Below are positions 9,774 through 18,822 of a stretch of DNA of 64,000 bases, piece after piece. Positions within the stretch are counted from its first letter, which is position 1. Each line of letters starts with the position of its first letter. The notes beneath the pieces were generated by a model. The model was not told the origin of the DNA, made no database searches, and worked only from the letters and a program-made list of their open reading frames with translations. The DNA lies in IMG/VR virus record IMGVR_UViG_3300028840_002618, positions 291 to 64,290 of that record, one strand, 5' to 3'. Both the position numbers and the translations under genes were made by a program. The stretch is from a virus. Taxonomy: Duplodnaviria > Caudoviricetes.

Positions 9774-10163
9774 CTACACCACCGCGTATGGTACGTTCAC
9801 AGAGCCAGCCCCACCGCCTCCACATTGCAGAGTGATCTTGAGGTCAGAATAGACTGTGAATCCTTCGACCAAGACGCCATCGTCGTCAGCTACCGCCCAG
9901 ACATTCTCTTGGAACTTGCGGTAGTTGGTTCCGTCGATCTTGTGATAGACACTGATCGTGGTCTGCTGGGTGACGTTGACCATATCCAACCAGATCGATC
10001 CGATGTGGACGGGAGAGGCGATAGCCTGATCGAGCAAGGTTTGCTCTGTATTGTCGGTTTCATCATAGGAAAAAGTAGCAGAGATCGCGGGGATGTCGCC
10101 AAGGACGACGCCACCGCCAGCGGCTGTAGGAGACTGGTTAACGAGGGAGGTCGTTCGCTTCAT
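9774..10163 (-). CDS. hypothetical jelly-roll-like protein
   Basis: 129-aa ORF with AGGAG RBS. Confidence 0.6.
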   Translation of the reverse strand: MKRTTSLVNQSPTAAGGGVVLGDIPAISATFSYDETDNTEQTLLDQAIASPVHIGSIWLDMVNVTQQTTISVYHKIDGTNYRKFQENVWAVADDDGVLVEGFTVYSDLKITLQCGGGGAGSVNVPYAVV

Positions 10164-10636
10164 GCTAGTTCTCCTATCACGCCAAGAGTACCGGGAGTAC
10201 CAACGGCCCCTGACTCTCGGGCGACGATGCGGTATCGCTCCACATTGCCAGAAAGGGGGACGTCAACAGCAAAAGTCTCGACTGCCGCGCCTGTGGCTTG
10301 GTAGGTGTAGTACTCTCGCTGTAGGTCGCTTTGGGTGTCTGCACCGGGGACGACCGCACCGGCTGCATAGATGGGTTGGCGGTGCCATGCCTGTTGGCCT
10401 GCGGGGACGGTCGCGGTAGCAGAGAAGGGAGAGATCTCCAGGTAGTAGTCAAACGCACCTCCCACACCACCCCGAGTATAGGTAAAATGTAGGTGCAGGG
10501 TCTGGGCGTACGCACTGAGTTGGGTTACGGGAGTGGTCCATGCCCCGGCAGCGGGGAGAGCCGCGGCAGCAAGGATCTCTTGCTGGTTACTGTGCCCGGT
10601 TGGATAGGGCCACAATGGATCGTTTGGGCTGCGCAT
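10160..10636 (-). CDS. hypothetical jelly-roll-like protein
   Basis: GAGGAG RBS before ATG 10636. Confidence 0.6.
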   Translation of the reverse strand: MRSPNDPLWPYPTGHSNQQEILAAAALPAAGAWTTPVTQLSAYAQTLHLHFTYTRGGVGGAFDYYLEISPFSATATVPAGQQAWHRQPIYAAGAVVPGADTQSDLQREYYTYQATGAAVETFAVDVPLSGNVERYRIVARESGAVGTPGTLGVIGELA

Positions 10637-10652
10637 AGTCACTCCTCAAGGT

Positions 10653-10702
10653 AAAACGAAAACGGGCCACCCCTCCCTATGGAGGTAGTGCGGCCCGTTT
10701 TC
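10653..10702 (-). terminator. terminator/attenuator hairpin in head-operon leader
   Basis: GAAAACGGGCC...GGCCCGTTTTC followed by GTTTT. Confidence 0.6.
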
Positions 10703-10727
10703 CGCTGGGTAGTATTCTGCTGAGATC

Positions 10728-10757
10728 ATTGTACCATAGGAGGCATCGGATTGTCAA
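10728..10757 (-). promoter_or_regulatory. sigma70-type promoter
   Basis: TTGACA-18-(TGG)TACAAT. Confidence 0.75.
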
Positions 10758-10764
10758 GAGAGCA

Positions 10765-10793
10765 TTGACTTGGAGGTCTGGATCTGGTATAAT
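10765..10793 (+). promoter_or_regulatory. sigma70-type promoter
   Basis: TTGACT-17-(TGG)TATAAT. Confidence 0.8.
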
Positions 10794-10798
10794 GGGGA

Positions 10799-10937
10799 CA
10801 ACTTAGAGAGTTCCACCGCAACACCCATTATGAGACCAAGGGGCTCAGCGCGCCGAGGCATCCATATGGGTGTTTCGTTGTCGAACGGTGTGTAAGAGGA
10901 GAGGCCAACCGCTGGGTGTGACGGTTGGCCTCTTTTT
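10799..10937 (+). ncRNA. putative structured small RNA (~135 nt)
   Basis: own promoter, nested stems (CACCG/CGGTG, AACACCCAT/ATGGGTGTT), 12-bp terminator stem plus T-tract; no convincing ORF. Confidence 0.6.
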
Positions 10938-10964
10938 GTGCGGGGCTGTTTGGTAGGATGCCGC

Positions 10965-11396
10965 CTACCGGAGTGGGACTGAGAGCTTTGGGACGGTCGC
11001 CGGGTTGTGACGATGGAGTGGTAGGAGGTTGCGGTAGGATGGGTAGGTGCGGCAGGTCTGGCGGTAGAGTTGACGGCGGGTCAGGAGCCGAGAGCCAGAC
11101 AGGTATTGCTTACGGGTTGGGTTGGGTGTGAAGGAAATGCCCAGGGCATCATTGTATCGTTCAATGAAGTCCTGGAGACGCTGGATCACCTCCTCTATGG
11201 GTCCGTGGAATGCGGAGCAGATGTCGGCAAAGTAGGAGACGGCTTGACGTAACTCTATGGCCCAGAGGTCACAGTAGAACTCTATGCGGGTGATTGTCTC
11301 TCGGGAGAGGCCAGGCCAGTGGTCCCAGTGGTCCCAAGAGGTCGTGCCTGTGTCTGGGGGATCTGGATCTGGATCAGTGTAGCTTGTATCGTACAT
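10965..11396 (-). CDS. hypothetical protein
   Basis: 143-aa ORF, GGAGG RBS, TGATG coupling. Confidence 0.55.
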   Translation of the reverse strand: MYDTSYTDPDPDPPDTGTTSWDHWDHWPGLSRETITRIEFYCDLWAIELRQAVSYFADICSAFHGPIEEVIQRLQDFIERYNDALGISFTPNPTRKQYLSGSRLLTRRQLYRQTCRTYPSYRNLLPLHRHNPATVPKLSVPLR

Positions 11397-11629
11397 CAGT
11401 CCTCCTGTTCAGAGATCGCCATAGCCAGGAATGAGGTCATGGCATCTTTGGGTTCTACCTTGCGGTAGATCGGCTCGTACCACGCAACGGGTTGGCCTCC
11501 TTTGACTAGGACGGTTATGTTGATCACGGCGGTTCCGGTCGGGAGCTTGGTTGAGCAGAGTAGCCGGAGGCGGCGAACGATCGCGTCCCAAGGGTAGGCC
11601 TGGAGGGGGAGCGGTTTTTTTAGTTGCAT
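11396..11629 (-). CDS. hypothetical protein
   Basis: ATG 11629 overlaps end of head morphogenesis gene. Confidence 0.55.
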   Translation of the reverse strand: MQLKKPLPLQAYPWDAIVRRLRLLCSTKLPTGTAVINITVLVKGGQPVAWYEPIYRKVEPKDAMTSFLAMAISEQED

Positions 11630-12348
11630 AGAGCACCTGCGGGAAAACGCCCCTTTGTGATCGGGAGGTCGGGAGCAGGAGTCAGGCGACACTGGCAGTA
11701 TCGACCGGTGCAGCACAGGCGGTAGGATCTCGGGATCGCGTTGTGCTTGAGCCACGTGGATGCACGATAGACGCGACCGGAGAACGTGAGGCAGGTTGAG
11801 CAGTGATCGGTCGGTCCCATCGTCCAGATCATTTTCTGGTCTTGTCGGGCCAGGAGTTCTGCACGCGTGGCGACTTCGCTGTAGCGGTTGGTCCATTGGA
11901 CCGCACGATTGTAGGCTTGGTCCAGGGCCAGCTTTTTCTCTCCATCCGCGTACATCACGTTCCGGACGGAGAGAAAAGAGGCAAAAGACGGTACGTGCAT
12001 ATAGTCTGTGCTGATCGCTTGGGCCAGCATCTGTTGACCTTCGGGAGGGAGGTCAAGGACGGTGGAGCCGCCCCGCTTTGCGCCTTCACTCCAGGCTTGG
12101 GTCAGGCCTTGATCGATGATCGAGTACATCGACTCGATGAAACCGGGCGTGTCAAAGATGTCCGTCACGTAGCCGCGTACCATCGCCCGAATCGCCTTGA
12201 TGTAGGATCGCTCTCCTTTGGAGGGGGAACGGTCAGGCGGGTAGAAGGCAACCTCAGCCAGAGGAGCATGGACGATCACGCCCTCGGGAGGCAAGAGATC
12301 GTCGTCCGATGGTTCAGGATGGGCAATGTACGGATACTTAGTCTCCAT
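11620..12348 (-). CDS. head morphogenesis / minor head protein (Mu gpF/SPP1 gp7-like)
   Basis: follows portal; W...DHCSTC...GRVY...CQCRL motif. Confidence 0.75.
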   Translation of the reverse strand: METKYPYIAHPEPSDDDLLPPEGVIVHAPLAEVAFYPPDRSPSKGERSYIKAIRAMVRGYVTDIFDTPGFIESMYSIIDQGLTQAWSEGAKRGGSTVLDLPPEGQQMLAQAISTDYMHVPSFASFLSVRNVMYADGEKKLALDQAYNRAVQWTNRYSEVATRAELLARQDQKMIWTMGPTDHCSTCLTFSGRVYRASTWLKHNAIPRSYRLCCTGRYCQCRLTPAPDLPITKGRFPAGALCN

Positions 12349-14326
12349 TGTCTGCGACTCCCGCAAGGACGAATTGGGCAAACTGGTCTGGGGAGATGTA
12401 GCCCGATTGTAGGCGGGCGTGGGCTTGTTCATAGACCGAGATCACCATCTCCTCTAGGTCCGGTTCCTCTGGGGCCTCCTCTGTTTCATCCCCGCCCATT
12501 TCGTCGTCGTCGGGAGGGGTCTCCTCGTCGTCCGTGTCTGGAGGAGTGGGATCGTCCTCCTCCTCCGGTTCAGTGTAGAATAGGTCCAGGGAGGCGAGAT
12601 CTGGGGCGTTGTTGATCCCGAGGGCTTGGAGAGTCACGCGCCAGAGTTCTGCAGCGAGACCGGCAGCGGCCTTGGGCTCGATGATGCCACCGGAGACCAG
12701 GGGCGTGAGCATCTGGGAAGCGAAAGAGCCGATGGACGATGCGACGTCCGGAAAGTCCGAGAGGGAGAACGAGTCTATGGAGATCTGGGCGACTCGTTGG
12801 GGTTCTGGGATCGTGACCGGGGCATACTTGTCTGCCAGGGTCAGGACGGCGTAGGCCAGGGTCTCCATCGTCTCGATCCAGAGATCCTGGTATCGCTCGA
12901 AAACCATCGCCTGGGCCTTGTCCATCTCCAGAGCCGTCGCCCATCGGGACGTGTCCAGGCCGGCAGAGGTCGGGAATAGGCCCGAGCCTAACAGGGCCAT
13001 CCAGGAAAACTGCTCGTTGTCGGCCTTGGCGTCGGACGCGCCGGTACGCATGGGTAGCTCTTTGGTGTTTGATGCTTTGTTCTCGACGTGCCAGGACCCG
13101 GCAGCGCCAGGCGGGTTTCCGTCCAGATAGTTGGACCGGGAGAGGGTAGAGGCTATCGTGTTGATCACAGAGTCTACGGCACGGGAGCCGCCTTCGACCT
13201 GGGTACGGCGCACGAACTGGGCGATGGCGAGAGCCACGCCCAGGCGCGACTCTGCGAACTTTTTGTGTCCTCGGATCCAGGGAGCGGAGGTTGTGGAGAG
13301 AGGCCAGCCGAGTGGGTCGGACTCCTCCTTCTGGTTATGGGCGATGTGGAGGATACAGACGTTTGTGTCGGCCTTGGTCTGGTCGGCGCGCTTGGCGTCG
13401 GCAGGGACTTTCTTGGAGGTCTGGAGGAGGGTCCAGCGCTCCTCGAGATCGGGAGCAAGAGAGGTCTCCCAGGATGGGTAGTAGTAGGTCTCTGAGCCGG
13501 TGCCGGTCGTGTTGTCGCTCCAGGTACGTTTCCAGAACCAGATGTCGGCCTTGTCGTCTGGGTTGAATATGGGGGACATCTCGGACTGTTCGATCACTCG
13601 GAGCGTCGTGCGCCCGGCGTTCTCTCCGGAGGTCGCGGTGAATAGGGCCAGGAACCGGTTGCCTTTGATCAGGAGCCAGTCAGACAAGCGGTGGATCGCC
13701 TCTCTGCCCAGGACGGATCTGTTGCGTCGGGAGAGGTAGAACTCGTCCCACCATTTTTGGGCTTTGGTGGTCGGGAGAGTGGCGGTCACGTTGTCGCCTA
13801 ATCCCCATCCGGTCCAGAGCCAGATGGACCACTGGTAGAGTGGGGAATATCGCCAGAGTCGAACGGATTGCTTGACCGCCCGTTCGCGTTCGCTGGTCAG
13901 GGAGGAGGACGAGCCGTAAGCTGCGAGTTGGTCCCACCCGAGTTGTGTCGTGAGATCGAGTAGCAGGGCCTCGTCTACCCCGCCCTCCTTGAGGGAAGCC
14001 AGCGCTTCGGCGGGAGCAAGGGAGAGACCGGACTGGTCCAGGTGTAGGCCCAGGACGGCGATCGAGTCCTTGAGGGCGCGGATCGTGGTCTCGGACTCTC
14101 CCAGGAGACGGTCACGCTCTTGTGACATAACAAGAAGTTCTTTTGCCATGTCCTCATGTTGTCCCGCAAGCAGCGTTTTCTCTAGGCGATGTTGCTCCCG
14201 AATGTCGTCTATCAAGTCTGCGTATTTTCCGCAGATCTCGACAGTGGCACGATGATCGTCATGTTGCTTGGGAAAAACGAGATTATGGATCTTTTCTTTC
14301 CAAGTCAGGGGCTGAGTGCTTGGCAT
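12338..14326 (-). CDS. portal protein
   Basis: 662 aa downstream of TerL, upstream of gpF-like gene; acidic C-terminal tail. Confidence 0.75.
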   Translation of the reverse strand: MPSTQPLTWKEKIHNLVFPKQHDDHRATVEICGKYADLIDDIREQHRLEKTLLAGQHEDMAKELLVMSQERDRLLGESETTIRALKDSIAVLGLHLDQSGLSLAPAEALASLKEGGVDEALLLDLTTQLGWDQLAAYGSSSSLTSERERAVKQSVRLWRYSPLYQWSIWLWTGWGLGDNVTATLPTTKAQKWWDEFYLSRRNRSVLGREAIHRLSDWLLIKGNRFLALFTATSGENAGRTTLRVIEQSEMSPIFNPDDKADIWFWKRTWSDNTTGTGSETYYYPSWETSLAPDLEERWTLLQTSKKVPADAKRADQTKADTNVCILHIAHNQKEESDPLGWPLSTTSAPWIRGHKKFAESRLGVALAIAQFVRRTQVEGGSRAVDSVINTIASTLSRSNYLDGNPPGAAGSWHVENKASNTKELPMRTGASDAKADNEQFSWMALLGSGLFPTSAGLDTSRWATALEMDKAQAMVFERYQDLWIETMETLAYAVLTLADKYAPVTIPEPQRVAQISIDSFSLSDFPDVASSIGSFASQMLTPLVSGGIIEPKAAAGLAAELWRVTLQALGINNAPDLASLDLFYTEPEEEDDPTPPDTDDEETPPDDDEMGGDETEEAPEEPDLEEMVISVYEQAHARLQSGYISPDQFAQFVLAGVADNGD

Positions 14327-14373
14327 TGGGGATCTCCTTCTTGCGGTTGTACACTACAGCGAGTCTCCATACT

Positions 14374-14402
14374 ATGATACCAGATAGGAGGACGCCAGTC
14401 AA
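14374..14402 (-). promoter_or_regulatory. sigma70-type promoter for portal operon
   Basis: TTGACT-17-(TGG)TATCAT. Confidence 0.6.
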
Positions 14403-14446
14403 TAGGCCGAGAGAGTCCCCGGCCCAGAACAGAGGGACGTAGATAG

Positions 14447-14986
14447 TCATGGGATCTCACACTCCAGTTTTCGGGCGATGATCTGCAGGACGTCATCTGG
14501 GTCGGAACCGAGATCGCACATCTTGATGAACTCGGAGCGGGTCATGGATGGCTGGTGCAGGCTGGAGACGTGCCGCCCGGGATTGTCCTCCTCCATCGCT
14601 AGCCGGTGGGCATAGTCGACAACGTTGTAATTCTTGCCTTGTATGGAGATCAGGGCGTTGGCGATGGAGAACAAGGAGAGGATCATGCTCGAGAGGACTT
14701 CCTTGATCGGGAGAGGTACGGCATCCCGGTCTCTGATAGAGATACATCCCTCCCAGTAGCTTGTGTCTCCGAGATGGGTCTGGGCGTGCTCTGCGGCGAA
14801 AAAGATGTCTCTTGCCAGGGAGTCGTCCATGTATTGCAGGGTGATCTCTGAGAGTGAGGAGAGATCGACCTGGAGCTTGGCGGTAAGCCAGGAGAGTAGA
14901 CCCAGCCGGGTCAAGGTTGGCGGTTGGGTCTTACAGGCGAGGTCGGAGATCTTTTGTTGTTGTAAGAGCTGGCTTTCATAGTCCAT
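14447..14986 (-). CDS. hypothetical protein
   Basis: 179-aa ORF with GGAGG RBS. Confidence 0.6.
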   Translation of the reverse strand: MDYESQLLQQQKISDLACKTQPPTLTRLGLLSWLTAKLQVDLSSLSEITLQYMDDSLARDIFFAAEHAQTHLGDTSYWEGCISIRDRDAVPLPIKEVLSSMILSLFSIANALISIQGKNYNVVDYAHRLAMEEDNPGRHVSSLHQPSMTRSEFIKMCDLGSDPDDVLQIIARKLECEIP

Positions 14987-14999
14987 TGCGTTACCCCTC

Positions 15000-16319
15000 C
15001 TAGTAGGATGGTCCTATTGCTGTTGATACGTCGACAATCTGGCTTTTGGGTTGGGGAGAGGTCAGGAACGAGACGATGTAACGCAGGGCATCTAGCATGT
15101 GGTATGCCTCTTTGTTCTCGATCACGTTGGTGAACTCTCCCGTTCGCTTGTTCTGTTTTCTCGCGTAGGCTCCGATCTCGGAGAGGAGAGCTACGCAGCA
15201 GTCATGGATGACGATACGGCCCTCTCGCAAGAGTTGTTGGACGCGGTCAATCTGCGTCCAGACCTCTGTGATCGGCGGCTCCTGGAGAGGGATGCCGGCT
15301 CCCGTAAAATCTACGCGCTGTTGCCGTTCTGAGGGACCGCCGCCGACCCAGGCATAGATGGGCTCGGCCCGGTTGGTCGGCACGCCCTTGGGACTGTAGC
15401 CAGATGCCTCCAGGATCTGGGCGACGTGTTTGGGAGTGGTTACGCCGAAAGGCTGTTCATACTCCCGGTAGACGTGGAGCGTTGCGCCGAGGGCGTCCCA
15501 GGCCAGCCAGACCGCGCCTATCTGCGCGCCGAAGGGATCTATGCCGACGAATCGAGGCCACATCTGGGGGATGGGGATCGCCTCGATCTTGTGCTTTTCG
15601 TCGTCGTACGCGGTATAGATTGCTCCCTCTGGGGATGCCCACTGCCCCAGATAGAGACGCTTGTAGCGGTGCCCGGTCATGGAGGCGAGACGCCCCAATC
15701 GCTGGATGCCGGCCTCTGTCATCTCGCCCGTTGTCTGGTCAAACAGGGCCGGGTTGTCGCGGTGGGTTGTGTCGTAACGGGTCAGGGAGGGAGTGTCACC
15801 CTTGGACCGCTGCATGATCCAGTGAGTCGGCGGGCCGGGGTTACAGTCCCCGACGAGTTGGGTGTAGGGCATCGTGGCGCCGCGTCCGGTGACCATTCGG
15901 ATCAGATACTCCCAGTCTGAGACGGTCAGTTCCTCTGCCTGGACGACATAGATTATGTCTCGCTCACCGGATAGGGTCTTGCCGGGATTGTCTAGGCCGC
16001 CGAGCCAGATACGGGCACCGTTGGGATAGTCGTACCATTGGGGGATCTTGCCGCCGTAAGGCTCGACGTAGGGCGCGTAGGGCTCTAGGATGTCTCTTGT
16101 AAAAGTGCGAATGACTGTGCCGTGTATGTCGGACTTGACCTTGCGGAGGATCGAGATCTGCGCGCCCGGGTACTTTGTGGCACACATGTGGATCTTGTAG
16201 AGGAGTGCGAGCGTCTTGCCAGTGTCGGCGGGTCCTGCTAGCATCACCTCGGGATCTCGGCATAGCATTCCTCTCTTGACGTTCCCGTAGAATGAGTACG
16301 GGAGGGAGATCGTCGGCAT
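15000..16319 (-). CDS. terL: terminase large subunit
   Basis: Walker A GPADTGKT, DCNP coupling motif, GIDPFG nuclease start, HMLDALRY. Confidence 0.92.
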   Translation of the reverse strand: MPTISLPYSFYGNVKRGMLCRDPEVMLAGPADTGKTLALLYKIHMCATKYPGAQISILRKVKSDIHGTVIRTFTRDILEPYAPYVEPYGGKIPQWYDYPNGARIWLGGLDNPGKTLSGERDIIYVVQAEELTVSDWEYLIRMVTGRGATMPYTQLVGDCNPGPPTHWIMQRSKGDTPSLTRYDTTHRDNPALFDQTTGEMTEAGIQRLGRLASMTGHRYKRLYLGQWASPEGAIYTAYDDEKHKIEAIPIPQMWPRFVGIDPFGAQIGAVWLAWDALGATLHVYREYEQPFGVTTPKHVAQILEASGYSPKGVPTNRAEPIYAWVGGGPSERQQRVDFTGAGIPLQEPPITEVWTQIDRVQQLLREGRIVIHDCCVALLSEIGAYARKQNKRTGEFTNVIENKEAYHMLDALRYIVSFLTSPQPKSQIVDVSTAIGPSY

Positions 16320-16322
16320 CGG

Positions 16323-16532
16323 TCACCAGGAGTTTTCTATATCCTTGGTCCAGTCGGTCAAAAAAGCACAGGCCCAGTCAAAGTAGAGATCGGAGAGTCG
16401 CCCTGGTAGGATTGTAACCAGGACCTGAGAGACCTTAGAGAATAGCCACCCGTTAGCGATGGTCCACCACATCTTGATGTCGATCCAGAAACAGAGCAGG
16501 GCTATCTGGAGGTCTAGCCAGAGATCATACAT
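16323..16532 (-). CDS. hypothetical Trp-rich protein
   Basis: 69-aa ORF in operon. Confidence 0.45.
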   Translation of the reverse strand: MYDLWLDLQIALLCFWIDIKMWWTIANGWLFSKVSQVLVTILPGRLSDLYFDWACAFLTDWTKDIENSW

Positions 16533-16538
16533 AGTCCA

Positions 16539-16949
16539 TCAGTCTACCCTCGGGCATGGGAGGTATGGATCGATGTGATCGGTACAGCCGTTGGCGTGCC
16601 AGACTTGTGATAGATCTTTCCTCAGGGTTCGGGCGGTCTCAGGATGACAGACAAAGGTCCAGCCAGAGAGTCCCCTGATCCGGTAGACGTTCGGATCGGG
16701 GACGTGGATCATGATCTCGCGGGTCTTGATCCAGGGTCGCCAGGGCCAGGACCAGAGACGTTCCTTCCAGGTGAGAAGGACGGTCCTGCGCTGCTCGGTA
16801 TAGAGATGATCAAACTCAATGATCGGGATCACTTTGAGGTCTCCTTGTCGATTATGGCATAGCCTATCAGGAGGAATGGGATCGCCAGGAGATAGGGCCA
16901 GGACTCGATTGCAAGTTCCATTTGAGTCCAGGCGGGATGGAGCGCCCAC
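16539..16949 (-). CDS. hypothetical protein (start uncertain)
   Basis: WKERLWSWPWRPW motif; fills operon gap. Confidence 0.5.
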   Translation of the reverse strand: MGAPSRLDSNGTCNRVLALSPGDPIPPDRLCHNRQGDLKVIPIIEFDHLYTEQRRTVLLTWKERLWSWPWRPWIKTREIMIHVPDPNVYRIRGLSGWTFVCHPETARTLRKDLSQVWHANGCTDHIDPYLPCPRVD

Positions 16950-17128
16950 CGGATCAGGAATCCGTAGACCAGGATGCAGACAGAGCAGATGAACAGGATC
17001 ACTCCAAGTGTAAGCATTGGTAGATACCTTTTGTCTGAGGAGGTAAGAGAAACACCGTCAACATCAATGCGGCTAAGAAAGATCTGGCTGTTGGTGATCT
17101 GCACTCTTGGATCTTTTTCGTTCATCAA
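16829..17128 (-). CDS. small two-TM membrane protein
   Basis: two hydrophobic segments; GGAGG RBS. Confidence 0.55.
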   Translation of the reverse strand: MMNEKDPRVQITNSQIFLSRIDVDGVSLTSSDKRYLPMLTLGVILFICSVCILVYGFLIRWALHPAWTQMELAIESWPYLLAIPFLLIGYAIIDKETSK

Positions 17129-17706
17129 AAATCCTCCGGTTCGACGTTGCCCGAGAGTCTGACGTCAAAGGACCCATCCTCCCCCGCCCCTTGGACTGTA
17201 TGGAGGTCTCCGAGGCCGGTCGACTGGCGCTGTAGCTTGGAGGTCAGTTCCAGGGCACGCAACAGGGTTGACTCTTTGACGCCGACTGTGATGATCTCGC
17301 GCTCAGGCATACCGTCTTTGGCAGGGATAACGCGTCGCTCTGTCTTGACAAAGTTCTGGAGTTGATCCAGGGTAGAGTCAACAACGGCACGGAGCTTTTC
17401 GGCCATCTCATAGTCTGCCTGGAGCACGGCGGCGCGCCGTTCTGCCCAGAGAGCTTGTTCTGCCTCGCTTCGCTCGACCTCTTGTTGGGCGAATGCCTCT
17501 GCTAGTCGGGCTTGCCATGAGTGGGACTTTGACCAGCCTCTGATAGTTTGCTCGCTTTTTGTCGGGGGGATCTCTGGGCCTTCTGGGGCGTTTGTATAGG
17601 AGCGCCAGAGATCTCGGAGCTTGGCCCCCGGTCCCATTCTGTACAGGTCCATTAGAGCACGATGCGCTCTGCTCGTCTCGCCTTTTCGTCGTTCAAGGGG
17701 TTCCAT
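17125..17706 (-). CDS. terS: terminase small subunit
   Basis: ERRKGETSRAHRA..YRMGP..WSKSHSWQAR HTH-type motif; upstream of TerL. Confidence 0.7.
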   Translation of the reverse strand: MEPLERRKGETSRAHRALMDLYRMGPGAKLRDLWRSYTNAPEGPEIPPTKSEQTIRGWSKSHSWQARLAEAFAQQEVERSEAEQALWAERRAAVLQADYEMAEKLRAVVDSTLDQLQNFVKTERRVIPAKDGMPEREIITVGVKESTLLRALELTSKLQRQSTGLGDLHTVQGAGEDGSFDVRLSGNVEPEDF

Positions 17707-18820
17707 AGTGATCCACCATTACCTTTGCTATGTTCAGGGCGCGATAGATAGCCTCGTCCATGTCGATGTAGGCATAGCCGCCGAGCCGTCCACAGAACGT
17801 GACGTCTGGATCGTGGTTGTTCGCGTGGTCCAGGTATTGCTGGTATAGGTGCTGGTTACGGACGGTTGGAACAGGGTACTCAAAACGGGTTGGATCGTCG
17901 GGAGAGTAGGGATACTCGCGGGAGACGTATGTCCAACGCGTCGTGGCTCTTTTCTCTGGGGGGAGGAGCCAGCGCCACTCAGTGGTACGGATGTGTGCGC
18001 CTCCAGAGGGCAGCGGGTTATTGACCTGCACAGCGCCCTGGTAAGAGTCTACGCCGTCAGGGAGCAGGAGGGGATTATGCAGCCGCCGTTGTCCCCTGTA
18101 CTCGAGTCGGCCCAGAGAGTAGTCGTAGAACTCGTCAATGGGACCGGTGTAGACCATGTGATCAAAAGACCAGTCCTCTTTGTTCATGAACTGTTGATAG
18201 GAGGCACCCAGGACACAGGGGACTCCCTCTAGCATTTTGTGGACCATTTCATGGTAGCCGTTGGAGGGGATTCCGCGCCACTTCCGATCGACAAATGCGC
18301 GCTTTTCGTGCGGGTCGTCTCGGAGCGTGTAGCGGGAGCCGATACGCGGCAGTAGATCGGTCGCAGGGATGCCCCATTGCTTGAGATTGTAGGAGGCGAT
18401 GAACAGATCATAGACTGGACGTGGGAGGTACTGTAGCCAGTACTCCTGTAGGGAGAGAGGTTCCCGATCTGAGGTCAGGAGATAGGCCAGTGGCGGCTCA
18501 TGGCCAGGAGCCAGGGCCTCTACTGTGTACCGGTGCAGAGGCCAGGGATAGGTATTATCACCGAGGCGGGTCCGGATATAGTAGTCTACTTGCTGGAAGG
18601 TTGTGAAGCGGTGGCAGAACTGCCATACCTCTGGGTAGGAGGTCCGGAAGTAGTGCGGTCCTCCCAGGTGATAGGGTATGCCGGTAGTGGCGTCGACGTC
18701 GTCGGCACAGTGACCGCCCACGTATGGGAGCCGGTCAAGGACAAGACAGGGTATGTTGTGGTCAGTGAGCACTCGGGCCACTGTTGCGCCGGTCAGCCCA
18801 GCGCCGACAATCAGGATCAT
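17693..18820 (-). CDS. glf: UDP-galactopyranose mutase
   Basis: GAGLTG FAD motif, GGHC.D, GPHYFRT, YNLKQWG, YTGPIDEFYDY..GRLEYR, GRLGGYAYIDMD. Confidence 0.9.
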   Translation of the reverse strand: MILIVGAGLTGATVARVLTDHNIPCLVLDRLPYVGGHCADDVDATTGIPYHLGGPHYFRTSYPEVWQFCHRFTTFQQVDYYIRTRLGDNTYPWPLHRYTVEALAPGHEPPLAYLLTSDREPLSLQEYWLQYLPRPVYDLFIASYNLKQWGIPATDLLPRIGSRYTLRDDPHEKRAFVDRKWRGIPSNGYHEMVHKMLEGVPCVLGASYQQFMNKEDWSFDHMVYTGPIDEFYDYSLGRLEYRGQRRLHNPLLLPDGVDSYQGAVQVNNPLPSGGAHIRTTEWRWLLPPEKRATTRWTYVSREYPYSPDDPTRFEYPVPTVRNQHLYQQYLDHANNHDPDVTFCGRLGGYAYIDMDEAIYRALNIAKVMVDHYGTP

Positions 18821-18822
18821 GA

